The notes below the pieces were generated by a model, which ran no database searches, was not told where the DNA came from, and saw nothing but the letters and a program-made list of their open reading frames with translations. A DNA stretch of 26,914 bases from Lama guanicoe (Eukaryota), in NCBI GenBank assembly GCA_013239625.1, contig MU053934.1, positions 11,759,003 through 11,785,916 of the forward strand, read 5' to 3'. Every line of letters begins with the position of its first letter. Within the stretch, counting starts at the first letter, position 1. The translations under genes were made by a program, and so were the position numbers. Below, in pieces: positions 1 to 11,369 of this stretch.

Positions 1-74
1 TCTTTCTGTTTATTTATTTAGAATATTTTTACGCTTGCCTATTTTCCTCAACAAGTTCCCTGTTTAAAAAAATA

Positions 75-140
75 TATACTCTTGTTTTTCACTTTGTGCA
101 TTTTTAAGTATGAAATTATCTCAAAATAAAAAGTTGGAAA
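75..140 (+). mobile_element. Old LINE-1 (L1MC/MD/ME-type) extreme 3' end fragment
   Basis: 'tttttaagtatgaaattatctcaaaataaaaagtt' resembles the recalled L1M terminus (...gtaagtttgaaattatttcaaaataaaaagtt). Short fragment. Confidence 0.5.
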
Positions 141-299
141 TAATAAAGACTCCGCCTCTGGCTCCAGCAGTCACTCACGGCTCTTACCCAAGCCGGTCAC
201 TTCCCCGCGGCTGGAAACGCTGTGCTCATCACCCAGCACCCGACTCCAGGGAGGACCCCACCCCCCCTTTTGATAACCAGCTCAGCTTTACTGTTACGA

Positions 300-720
300 A
301 CGGGTGGATTTCTCTTTCTTCAATGATTTATATTTTGCTATTATCGATAATTATTTCAATGTTCAAATTGCCACGGATCTGGCCCAGGCTCTGCGTCCTC
401 GGGGAGCGTCGCGGAACCCTCGGAGCAGTTTCACCCCAGGCTCTGCGCTGCGCTGCCCCGCCCGGAAGCAGCCGCCTCCCGGGAAAGGTGTTTTAAAACC
501 AGCATTTCCTTACCAATTATGCCATTTCTGATGAGCGCCCGCCGAGTGTGGGCTTTCAAAATTCCACTGAACCGATTTAATTCTTTCGTCGGACGTCAGC
601 CCTCGGGCAGATAAGAGACCCCCACGTACTCACATTCATTTTGGTTTTATTTAAGGGGGCTCCTTGGGGTCACACATTTCACTTTTTCATTCCTCATAAA
701 GGCCTGATTAACAGCAGCTT
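300..720. promoter_or_regulatory. AT-rich candidate conserved non-coding element / enhancer
   Basis: AT-rich non-repeat blocks in a GC-rich background. TGATTTAT (324-331, PBX-HOX type), palindrome ATTATCGATAAT (340-351, CUT/ONECUT-like core), AGATAAG (609-615), TGATTAA near 705. Conservation not tested. Confidence 0.4.
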
Positions 721-845
721 CCCCCACGTCGGTCTCACTCGTGACTGTTTCTGCCTCAAGGGGGTTTTGAGGGAATTGTACCAGCAAAGTCCAAGCTGAC
801 GATTCAGTCACTTCGAGCTGAAATCTTAACTGGGGGGGGGGAACT

Positions 846-983
846 ACAGGATTGGGGTCCCCCTGGTGAGCTCCTTGGACCCGATTACCTCTGTAAGGAC
901 CCCACGTCCGAATACAGTCACATTCTGAGGTCCTGGGCTTAGGGCTCCAGGGTGAGTTTTGAGGGGACGCAGTTCAGCCACAG
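846..983 (-). mobile_element. ERVL-MaLR LTR fragment (MLT1B/C/D-like)
   Basis: 'gattacctctgtaaggacccc...aatacagtcacattctgaggtcctgggcttagggctccag...ttttgaggggacgcagttcagcc' matches the reverse complement of the recalled MLT1 LTR 5' end. Confidence 0.8.
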
Positions 984-1679
984 TGGAGGAGTCGTGGTAG
1001 GACCCGCTTCAAGGGTGACCGCAAGTCCGCGTCCACCACCCCGGACAGAAGGCTGGGGGTGCTGCAGGGCCCCAAGCTGGCATCGGGCTCGGCCTCCCGG
1101 CCTCGGCTGGTCCCCCGAAGACTCGAATCTTCCAGGCGGGATTACACTGTCATCACTAAGGCACGTTTAATGCTTTTAACAGTAGCAGAGCAGCGTGCAC
1201 ACCCGCTCCTGGCCCCCAGCACCCTCTCCGAGCCGCCCTCTGAGCTGCGCCACGGGGAGACTGAGGAGACATTTCATAAGGGGCTCATCTAAATATTTAA
1301 CAGGAACACACGTTGGCGCTTAGAGCCGGGAAGGATGGGGGACACCGTGGTCCCCAACAAGGGTTGTCTGCACCGCGGCCGAACCACTGCATCACCGGCC
1401 TCTTGAGCTGGGTGCTCAGCCCCTGGCTGTCCTCGGGGCTCCATCTGCCCGACCCCCAGAGCAGGACAGTGGCGGGGCCCGGCCCCCACCCCGTGGCCTC
1501 CTGATTAGGAGCTGAGGGAGTCCCACTCCCTTGACCTGTGGGCCTTGCGCGTTTCGCTCCGGCGTCAGGAGTGAAGGTGACGCAACGGCTGAGAACACAC
1601 TGCAGCCCCCGCTCCTGGTGGCAGTGGCTGCCGTCTGAGCCTCCAAGCCTGCAGATCGTTCATCTCACGCCTGAGGAGT

Positions 1680-1930
1680 TTCCGTCTGATTGATGGCAGC
1701 CCCGGACCCTCCCCGGACCCGCGGAGCTGCACTAATCTGCAAACTAAAACAATATTAGCAAACTGTTAATGGTCCATGAAACCGCGGCACGGCCGTGGTC
1801 ACGGTCAGGACGACAGCCGCGTACCTGCGTTCCCACGCGGCGGGCGGCCAAGCCGGGCGCAACCCCCGTCACCGAGGGGGACCTGCAACTCAAATAGAGC
1901 TTAATTCTGCTAATTCAGAGCTGAGTTGGT
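1680..1930. promoter_or_regulatory. Candidate enhancer with PBX-HOX and homeodomain sites
   Basis: TGATTGATGG at 1687-1696, an AT-rich tract 'ctaatctgcaaactaaaacaatattagcaaactgttaatgg' at ~1731-1772, and tandem TAATT cores at ~1902-1914. Confidence 0.35.
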
Positions 1931-2604
1931 TTGGACAGCGGCTGGACCCCGGCGAGTGGACGGATGAAGACACCACACGTGTGTGATGTGGCCCAGATGC
2001 AGGCGTGGACCCAGCCAGAACCACAAGGAGTAACCTTCGCTGTCATGTGTTAAGGACCCGAAAGCCTCGTGCTGAGCAGCTCCCCCGGCGAACTCTGTGC
2101 ATTTACTAACTCGGCCTGATTCGGCATTTTGACTGATGAGGACGGGGGTGGGGGTGGCGTGGAAGCTGGACCCCCCACAGGGGAGAGCCCAGAGCCTGGT
2201 GACGGGGCGGGGGCAGAAATGCAGCCGTCAGCACAACGGTGCCACCACGTCCTCCGGGAGCGGGAAGCACCATCAATACAACGAAGACAGCTGTGTAGGA
2301 GGAAGTTACCGATTGCTCCTTCCCACAGGGAACACTTTCCTCCTCTTAGGGACCAGGGTGATGGGAAAGGCCGGAGAAGGTGGCCCGGGAAGTCGGGCTG
2401 GGCCGGGCGGCGCAGGGACCCGGGCGGGCGTGGCCGCCTGCGGGCGGCTCGGCGGTCAGGAGCGCGGCTCTGGCCCAGCAGAGGCTTCCTGGCACAGTCC
2501 TGTCTCCAGATGTGGGCGGGAGTGGCCCCAGTTCGCAGGAGAAAGTCGTGCCCAATGTGACCTTCATGATTTCCGGATATTAAAGTCTCCCCAAAGGGAG
2601 CTCG

Positions 2605-4550
2605 CATCCAAAAATCACCAACACACGAAGGAAACCACCCCCATGAAAAAATCAACAGGAGCATAGCAAATGGTAACTTCACCCCCACGTGGACCTAACA
2701 TATGAGAACAGACACAGCAGAGCGTAAATTACCCGTTTGTAAAATGCTTAAGGAAATAAAACAGGAATTGCCGAAAAGTGAGTGAGGAGCAATGAATTGG
2801 CGGAAATAGAAAAAAAAATTCCCCTGGAAACGAATATTAGAATTTCTAAAATAAAATTCAGTGGATGGGCAAACAGCTGAAGAGAGAAAAATTAATGAGC
2901 TGGAAGCTGTATCTGAACAAAGAACCCGACTGCATCACACACAGAGTACGAGGCGGTCACTCTGGAAGCATGTGTAAACCCACGTGAGGCAGGGTCCCCT
3001 CCGGCACACGCCGGGCACATCGCAAACATCACTGGACGCAGGGCACACGTGCGGCGGGCAGTCACGTCAGGAGTCAGCGGTCGCAGATGACTTGTCTAAA
3101 CTCACAAGTTGGGAATCCACGGACACATCCCTGGCGGGAGTGAGAAGCTACTTGGACGTGAAGGACAGTGACCACGCCGCCTTTCAAGACGGGTGGGATG
3201 CAGCAGAAGAGGGACTTTGAGAAAAGCTGTGGAACGTAAGCCCAGGACATGGAGACCCAAAATGCAGAAAATCAGACGGCGCAGGTGCAAGGAAAGCGGA
3301 TACAAATGAGGTAATTAACTAGACTCCAGAGGAAGAAGAGCACGGAAAACAGACAACACGGCCCGTCCTGGGGAGGGACTGAGCAGATAAGCCAAGTCCC
3401 CAGCGAGATCAGTGAGCGGGGGCAGCAGGTGTGAAACATCAGACGTTTTAATAAGGAAGTGAGGAGGCTGGCCGGACCGGGAGCAGACAGTGACTAGGAA
3501 GAAAGAGAACGCTGTGAGCAAATTTGCAGGACACACTGGGAAACTTAACCACACAACCTTCCAAAGAATCAAAACATGCTTAGGAAAGAAACAGAAATCC
3601 TGCCATCCCTACAAACACTGAATAAGCGCAGTCCGTGCTTCAAAACACCAGCCCGGGGTGGTCTCAGGGATAAATGCTGCCAACTTCCAGGCACAGACGT
3701 CTGTATTTATAAACTCCTGCAAAGACTAGACAAGGAGCAAACACCTTCCAAATCCTTCAATGATCTGAACATAATTTTGATAACAAAAAAGAACTCAGAC
3801 GCTGAAACTCTAAGCAAGAGTGTTTGTGGAGCTATCCAGTCGTCTACGCAAAGAATGATTATGCTTGCTTCATCCAAGGAGTGCAAGAGTGGGTGAACGT
3901 AAGAACAGCATGTGACTACAGCTCACCCAGCTAGCTCGTTAAAGGAGAATCACCTTATGATTCTCTTGAAAGACACAGAAAGGCACTTCATAAAATCCAG
4001 TGTTTATGAATTTAAAAGCTCTTTGTAGAATACCAACAGACGAAAACTTTCTTAACCCGAAAGGTTCCTTACCAGAAACGTGATTCTTAAAGGTGAAGTG
4101 AGAGGGGCTCCGTCTGTGACCTTGTCTGCAAAATCCCGTGTGGATTAACTGTGCAAGGTAAAGTCTTCAACTTCCGAGAATACGGTGACATAACCACCTC
4201 CGTGGTGGGGAACAATTGTTTAAGGCAACTAAACAAGTGTGAAACACTAGCCGTAAAAGTAGACATTGATTAATCTAATTTCATTAAAATACGAACATCT
4301 GTTCCTCAGAAGACAACACAAAACTGTGAAAAACAGTCATAAACTGAGGGTTGTCAGTGACACACGGCCAACAAGAGAAAGTATGGAAGGTACAAAAGGC
4401 ACCAATAAGAAAAAGGCATGTGACTGGACCAAAATTTAAAGGCTGAATTCATTCTTTGGTTGGTTATGCTAGATTCAGAGGGGTTTTTTCAGGTTTTTCT
4501 TTCTATCATAATGTTTTGTAACTTACATGTGCTATTTTATGTGTAGCAAA
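2605..4550 (+). mobile_element. Decayed, internally deleted LINE-1 (ORF1 to ORF2 to 3' UTR remnants; L1M-type)
   Basis: ORF1-like A-rich segment at 2605-2940. ORF2 remnants: 'YLDVKDSDHAAFQDGWDAAEEGL' (ORF 2984-3220; cf. L1 YLELNENENTTYQNLWDAAKAVL), 'YKLLQRLDKEQTPSKSFNDLNIILITK..DAETLSK' (ORF 3576-3896; cf. LFQ.IEKEG.LPNSFYEASI.LIPK..DAKILNK), 'gacacagaaaggcacttcataaaatccag' (DAEKAFDKIQ) near 3972. C-terminal and 3' UTR-like sequence at 4250-4550. Confidence 0.85.
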
Positions 4551-4849
4551 CCCAGAGGAAATCTAATAATTCACATAAACTAAGAGTTAATGTGGGCTTC
4601 AGGTTCAGCGTGAACCAGAAGATTAGTGATGTCACCAAAGGTGTGTTTCTTTGGGATTTTTTCCCTGTGACTTTGGGGGGTGGGGAGTTCACCCTCAGTC
4701 TGGCTTCCCTCTTGGTCACAAGGTGGCGTCCAGAAGCTCTCAGCCTGGTTTCTCTGTCCTCAGCCCTGGAGAGAGGGGAATCCAGGCTCCAACATCCCTG
4801 GTTGGGTCCCCCAGGGACAGCCACTCTTACCTGAAACAGGCCTGTGGCC

Positions 4850-5760
4850 AGAAGGGTGGAAGGGCCTCACCGCCCGGCACAGACCACCGGCCCTCCGCCT
4901 GAGGCTGCGAGCTGCTTCTCTGGGAAACTCAGCTCTTCAGGATTGGGCGCCAGAAGGGAGGAGCGCGGCCCCGGGGAAGGAGGCAGAACGGTGAGCCGTC
5001 CAGGCCGCCCGGAACCACGGGAAACCCAGCCTGGCTCTGCTGGGTGGAGAAGGTGGCGCTGGGGGGCTGTGGAAGCAAACCAAGGACTGGAGGGTGTCCC
5101 CAGCGAGGGCGTGCGGCCTCCCGGGCTGACTCTGCTCCGCCGGCTCGAGAGGTGGCGCTCCCACAGCTCCGCCTGCCGCGGGCTCCGTGGAGGAGTCCCG
5201 TGCGCACCTGAAGCTACTGCGGACCGGAGCAAGGATGGGCGCTGGGCTTGCCAGAAGCCAGCGAGCGGGTTCGCACCGTGCAGAGCCTGGCCTGCACCCG
5301 CGCCCGAGGTGACAGCGGTGGGGAGACCCCGCCCTCGCCCTCCAGCTTCCCGCCCCGCCTCCCTAGGGCTCCTCTTGCACAGTTCCCCTCAAGACCAGTT
5401 TTGCAAGACGCATAGGCCGTCTGAAGCCCACACCTGCCCGCCAGCGCCAGCCACTGCCCCGCCACGCTCATCGCCCAGTGCTGGAAGGGTGGCGCGCCCT
5501 CGGACGCCGCGCACCGGGCCTCTCCTCCCGGACCTCGCAGGCCGCACCTCGCGTGACGGTCGGGACGCCCACGGACGCGGCGTGTCCTCAGTTCGCAGGT
5601 TTGGAAGCTGAGCGCCCAGCGCAGCGACACAGCGGGATCGCGTTCACAGCACCCGAGTCGCCGCTGGGCGCACGGGGACACTGCAGCGCTGCGGGATTAA
5701 GGCGGCGGCCGCGCTTGGAGGTGAGCAGATCATCGAGCCGCTCCAGGTAGAGCATAACCT
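4850..5760. promoter_or_regulatory. CpG-island-like region
   Basis: About 900 bp with very dense CpG/GC (e.g. 5480-5715 'ggcgcgccctcggacgccgcgcaccggg...gcggcggccgcgc'), a GGATTA site near 5694 and GC boxes. No recognisable repeat or coding signal. Judged by eye, not computed. Confidence 0.5.
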
Positions 5761-5879
5761 GCAGTGGAAAAGCAGAGCTTGAAACATGTAGCACAAATGT
5801 GGCTGCATGTCCGCATGAACTGGGCAGGGGAAAGGTTTGTCTCCCAGGAGCATCTGGTTACTCTAGGTCCCTGGCAGGA

Positions 5880-7460
5880 GCCATGAAACTTTTTGGTGCC
5901 AGCTTGTCAGTTTCTTTTCCCCCAGAGGCTGCTGGGACACATTAATTTGGAAAGAACAATTCTCCTACAAATATGTGGTCTCCCAACCCACAAGTATGCC
6001 GTAGGACACCCCCAGTCGTCCAGGTTTTATTTGATTTCACTCAGAAAACGTCCGTAGCTTTTAGTCGGGAAATCTTGGATAAGGTTCACTAAACGTATTA
6101 AGTACCTTTTCTGCTTGAAAATAGGAAAGTCGATTGTTAAAAATTTTACTTTCTAAGTGTTTATTTTGTGTATCCACTAACACAATGGATTGTCTTCCTA
6201 TTTATGTTGCTGCCATGCAAAGGTTATTCTGCAGATTCCTTAGGGTTTCCTGCACGGGCAGTCGTGTCGTCTGTGAACAGCTACTGCTTCCCCTTCCACG
6301 GGAATAGAGGTTACTTGTTTTTCTCGCCTCAGTGTTGGCTGGGGGCTGGGCAGACATCCCAGCCTCATTCCCAGTTTCAGGAGGAGGCATTCGGCGTCAC
6401 GAGAGTAAGTGTGTTGCCACCCGGAAGATGGCTGTCAGGCTGAAGTTCATCCCTCCTGTTTCTCTGAGTTTCTACCATGAATGAGCGTGACGTTGCCTCA
6501 AATTCTTCTGCGTGGAGGACTGAGATTGTGCATTTCTGTCTCTTTTATCCCGTTGATGAGGAAGTTCTGTTGGTGAGTCTCTGAACGCTGACCAGCCCCG
6601 CGCTCCTGCGAAGCCGCCCGTGGGCGTGACGTGCCTCTGCTGGACTCCGTGTCTCAGGTTTCGTGGCGGATTCAGCGTCCGTGTTCCTGAAAAGGGTTCC
6701 TCTGTGATTTCCTTCCTTGCAGGGTCTTTCTCAGGAGGTGTCAGGGTTTCGCTAAAACGAGTTGAGACGTGTTCCTTCCTCCTCCATTCTTCTAGAAGTG
6801 CTGTGTGTTATCTCCCTGAATTTTTTTTTTAAGAATTCAGTAAAACCCCGTGGCCCTGCAGTTTACTCGGGGAAGCTTTCTTGTTGGATGCAGAGTTTTC
6901 CGATCTTGAACTTCTTGAATCACGTTTTGCTTTGTGAGACGTTTGTCACTTGCATTAATACTCCCACAGAGCCTTTCTCTGTCTTTGTCGGCGTCTCCTT
7001 CACCGTCAGCCGTTCACCGTCAGCCCACAGCTCGTGTTTGACTGTCTGTCTCCTCCTCCCATTGTGTTTACCTTCCTTTCCTTTTGCAGCGGCTCACAGT
7101 GAAACCCAGATACTGAAAGCGCTTCTCATTCTCCCACGTGGGCGTGGAAAGCTATCAGGTTTCCTCTCATCTCTGATTTATCTGCATCGCACACACTTTA
7201 ACTTTGTTTTCATTTTCAGTCATTAAAAATCCCTTTCCGTTTCCCACGTGGCTCTGCCCATTTCCCTTCTGTCTTTTTCTCTCTTCCTTAGTGAGGTCCC
7301 ATCGATGCAAAGCTCTCCGACCGCCCCTCCTGCCGGCTCCCGCCTGCTGCTGCGCCTGTCCACTGGTACACTTTTCCCCAGCTTTGGTACGTTTTGGGTC
7401 TCTGGTTCCCACTGGTTCCTACTTGATTGTTTTTTGTAGTTTCCTTAGCTTTGCTGAAGG
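5880..7460 (-). mobile_element. Decayed LINE-1 ORF2 fossil (antisense), including the RT catalytic region
   Basis: Reverse complement of ~6239-6277 reads F-T-D-D-T-T-A-R-A-G-N-P-K (cf. L1 RT FADDMIVYLENPK). 6730-6810 is antisense to the LFQKIEEEG.LPNSFYE region, and 7148-7230 is antisense to the ENTTYQNLWDAAKAVLRGKFIA region. The end beyond ~7240 is less certain. Confidence 0.85.
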
Positions 7461-8739
7461 TCTTGGTGGGTTTACCCTTCAAGAAGGGGAGGTGAGCCCA
7501 CAAACCACCACGGAGAGCTGCCCACGGGCGAGGGGGGCCTGGGAGGCGGGGTGGGAGGCAGCTCCCTGCCCTCTGCCTGGTTTGAGTGAGCGAGTGATTG
7601 AAGGAGGGAGAAACGAGAGGGGTGATGGGGGACTGAAGGATGGAGGTAGGAGATCCGTGCCTTCCCCCCACTTCTTCCCACCCAGACTTTGGGGTCCAGG
7701 CTGGCCCAGGGCCTAGGCCATCGGAGCAGCTGCACTGGGGTGTGAGGGCCTCCGGGAGGCCACCTGGTCCAGGCCACGCTCTCCAGTGTCTTTGGGGCAA
7801 ACACAAACCCTGGAAGGAAGGGAGGGGCCACCATGGCGAGGGGAGAAGCTTGAAGCCTGGGGCAGGGCCGGGCTGGGAGCCCCCCAGGGCCACTCGGAGG
7901 GCAGCCCCCACCCCTCACCAGAAGGAGAGACTCCAGCGAGCACGTTTTAAACGAGGATGTTCATCAAAGGTGGAAAAGAGAAACTCATTGTGTGACATGG
8001 ACGATGTTCCCGTCCCCGATTCTTAGGCAGAACCCCCTCTGAGCAGCCATTAAACAAAAACTTTCATCTGTTCACCACGGGTGACTCCGGGGTGCGAGTG
8101 CGTGGTTTTGCACAGGAACTGACAAGCCAGCAGCCCACCACTCGGCCTGTTTCACAGCCTGAATCCCCCAACATGATGTGCCCTTTGTTTTTAACTGGCT
8201 TAAGAGAAAGGAGTTGACAACCTGCAAGGCGGAGACTAGACGGACCTTCGAGGTGGGGACAGACCCTCGGGGGGCGAGGATGAGTGGGCCCGCTGTCGGG
8301 CCGCTGCCACCAAGTGCACGGGCCGTCCAGTGTGGCTCTCAGCCTCTGGATGACAGGCCCGAGGAGCCACTCAGCCACTGTGTCGGGAACAACCCAGCTC
8401 CCTGGACCTGGATTTCCGTGGGGACGTTGGCGCGGGGCCCTGCGCGCTCCCCCGGCCGGCACGGGGTGCAGAGCTGCAGCAGGAAAGCCCAGTAGGCCGG
8501 GCTGCCGCCTGCACCCAGCCCCGCCTCCCCTCAGCCTGGCGGTGCCGCCCCCGCCCCCTTGGGGAGGTTTTGTGAAACTCTGATCCCAAAATCAGCCAAA
8601 CCCCCCAGCGGTCACGATTAAAGGGAACCCGTCCCTGCCCTGCGCGTCCTTTCACAAGCGGGTATGAGGGGTCCAGCCACCAGGGCCCCAGCCTCCTGTG
8701 TCTCCATCACTCAGGCGCCCCCAGCCCCGCCAGGCTCAC

Positions 8740-8852
8740 TTCCCTTTGAAATGCTAATTCTCTGATTAATTCCACTTTCCACTTCTTCAGCCAGTTTTTA
8801 TTTTTTTAATCCTCAAACTTCAAGAGGTTTGTTCTGAGCTAATGATAGCAGC
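8740..8852. promoter_or_regulatory. Short AT-rich homeodomain-site island
   Basis: 'gaaatgctaattctctgattaattcc...ttttaatcctc...gctaatgatag' inside very GC-rich flanks. Confidence 0.25.
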
Positions 8853-10625
8853 TCACCCTACAGCCCAGACCAAAGTCAGCCCACGAGGGCGAGGAGGGCA
8901 CCCAGAAGGCTCTGCATCCGTGGTCCACAGACAGACTCAGGGCCCCTGGGAAAGGGCCCATGCAGAGGGGTGTGGAGCCCCCCCCCCGCTGCCCAGGATG
9001 TGCCAGGCCAGCAGGAGGGGAGCGCAGGGCGGGGCCTGGCCCCGGCCTCGGGAAGCCCCTCCCCCGTCTCCGGGCCTCGGTTTCCCGTCCCTCCATCGAG
9101 GAAGCGGCCCCTGGCCTCTCCTCTCCAGGCACCCCGTTACTGATTCACAGGCCGCAGGCGAGGCTCCAGGTGTGCCAGCCGCGTCTCTCCGGGCCTGTGT
9201 CTGAAGCGCGGTTTCTATCACATTTAGGGGGAAATCCGTTTTCTTCTTAAATTCAGGTTCTCCTTCCAATCTGCTCCCTCCACACCTCGTGGTGCCCGGT
9301 CCCCACGGCTCCGCCACCCCTGCCGTCCGGGGAGCAGGCCCGGCACCTGTGTGGGAGGTTGGGCGCCTGTGAGCGGCAGCGGCCGGGAGCCCCGTGTCCC
9401 GGGAGCGCCGGGTCAGCCCAGCCCTCGGCGCAGCTGGTCCTTCCCGGCCACCCTGACCTGAACCCCCGGCGGACGCGGGGCTGGTGGGGCCGCAGGTCCT
9501 TCACAGCCCGGGCCGGGCCGCATGGCGAGGCCGCTGCCTCCCGTGCTCCGCGGGCCCTGTGCACGTTCTGTGTAACACACGTGTGCTATAGAAGCAGGTG
9601 CGTGAATGTGATAATTTAGTATACACGGGTCTCAGGGAGGTGGCCGAAGGGCTGGTGGGTCATTGCTGGCTCTGTTTTCTTGCCCCAAACCCGGCAAAAT
9701 TCTGGGGAGGGTGGAGGCACCGAGCTTCCTGCCTGCGCAGCCCCGAACCTGCCTTGGGTTTGTCTCTTCTCTCCAGACCATCCTGGGCCTGCGGCCGGCA
9801 GGCTCCCCCTCTGGAAGCCCCCCTGGAAACGGGACGTCCTCTCATCACCTCTGTCCCAGACTGCCAGCCGCAGACGCTGCCCCCGACTTGCACCCTGAAT
9901 CATAGCCCCAGTCACCCTCGCTTCGCTCCTGAGAGGAGGATGCAGGACTCAGTGCTGGAAATCAGCGTCCAGCTCCTCAGGCCGGCATCCAACTTCCCCT
10001 GCCCCCCGACTGCAGACTGTCCCCGGGGGAGCAGCGGCTGTCCACTCCCTCCCTCCCGCCCAGCAAGGCCACCTCGTCAGGAGAAATCCCACGAGAGGCA
10101 AAAGGCAGACACGTGGACTCGACTTGGGAGAGCAACCCTCCGGTCGTCCTGGAGCCTGGGCACTCGGACCCTGGCAGGGGACACTGCTGGCTGGCCGGTG
10201 CCCGGAGCTGCCAGCCTTGGGGGTCTCCCAGGGAGAGCCGCGCATGTGTCCATCACGCAGGCTAAGGATGCAGGAGGGAGGAGGGTCTGCTCTGAAGCCA
10301 GGACTCTCTCTGCGCCCGGCCCCGGGGCAGCGCTGGTCTCTGCTGGCCCCACTCCGAGGGAGCGACCGGAAACAAAACCCAGTTTCAGCCCTGAGGGGCC
10401 GGCACTGCTGCTCCAGGGTCCTCAGGGAACAAACCTGCCAGGTGTCTCCACCTCCTGCTGGTCCATCCTGGGCATCAGCCCAGACCCAGGGCCAGCCTGG
10501 TCCTCAGACCGGCCGAGCTGGCCCCTGCTGTGGGCGCCTCCGACCTGCCGCGCTCCCCCCTGAGAGCCCGAGCCGTCACAGACCCGAAGGCGACGCCCGC
10601 GTCTGGGGGAAGCTGGCGAGGATGC

Positions 10626-10639
10626 GGGGGGGGGGGGGG
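10626..10639 (+). repeat. Poly-G run (G14)
   Basis: 14 consecutive G. A C13 run also occurs at 21091-21103. Confidence 0.9.
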
Positions 10640-11369
10640 CCTCTCTTCACGGCCTCCGGGCCCACCCTCGTCTCTGAAGACATCAGCCAGTCGTTAACCA
10701 AGCACGGCTACCAGCAAACGCCCGGCACCGCCAACCCTGAGGGTAGAAACAACGCACACTCGGGTGGGGCGGAAGCCAGCCCCTGGGGAGCCTCCGAGAG
10801 GGCGGTGTGCCCTGAGGGCCAAGGTCAGGACCAGCGGGCGGTGAGCCCGAGCGGGTCCAGGGTGGGGGCGGGGGAGCAACCCCCTTCCTCCTCCCGGACG
10901 GTTCTCGCCAAACAAGCCCCATTTACCACAGGCCGGTTCATGCTGGTTCCGACCCCAGGCTTGGCCCTGCGCCCACGTCCAGGGGCCTCGTGGCCTTGGT
11001 CCTCCAGCCGCTCACGTCACCCCAAGTGAGAAAGTCCCCTCTCTGAGTTTCCTCAACTGTAAAATAAAAAAAGCTCTCGACATATGTTAGTGTTGAAGTT
11101 ACAAATCAGAACAGCATAAAGGCTTCGCAAAGAACACAGGAGGTGGCTCTGGACAGGAGTGAGGCTCCCGGCAGTGGCCGTGACCCCACCCGCTCTCACG
11201 GGAGCGTCCAGGGGAGGTCGCCCCAGCCTCAGCCCCGGAGCGAGGGGTCCTTTCAAGGTCAGCATGTCGTGTCGACCTCAGCCCAGCCACCCGCCAGCCT
11301 GCCGGGAGGAGGGATGGGCTGTGTGAGATGGAATCAGGCCTGGGAATTTATGTCTCTGCTTTAGAGGAA

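Noticed and set aside
2050..2688. Cluster of overlapping 143-212 aa ORFs
   Set aside because: Open on both strands, GC-rich and partly overlapping the L1 fossil; no coding signature.
3576..3896. 106-aa ATG ORF with reverse-transcriptase-like residues
   Set aside because: Decayed L1 ORF2 fragment with deletions, not a host gene or an active element. The same applies to 2984-3220 and 20289-20660.
4844..5681. 255-aa and 155-aa ORFs over the CpG island
   Set aside because: Low-complexity GC-driven translations on both strands, with no homology recognised.
6999..7025. 14-bp tandem duplication (ttcaccgtcagcc x2)
   Set aside because: Ordinary slippage duplication inside an L1 fossil.
7449..7491. 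Possible 43-nt cassette exon (ttccttag|...gag|gtgagc)
   Set aside because: The acceptor derives from T-rich antisense L1, the length is not a multiple of 3, and such cryptic sites are common.
9598..11029. Longest ORFs (321 aa and 301 aa, overlapping, + strand)
   Set aside because: Non-ATG starts, Pro/Arg/Gly/Ser-rich, no recognisable domain, and several frames open at once. Expected from stop-codon scarcity in GC-rich DNA.
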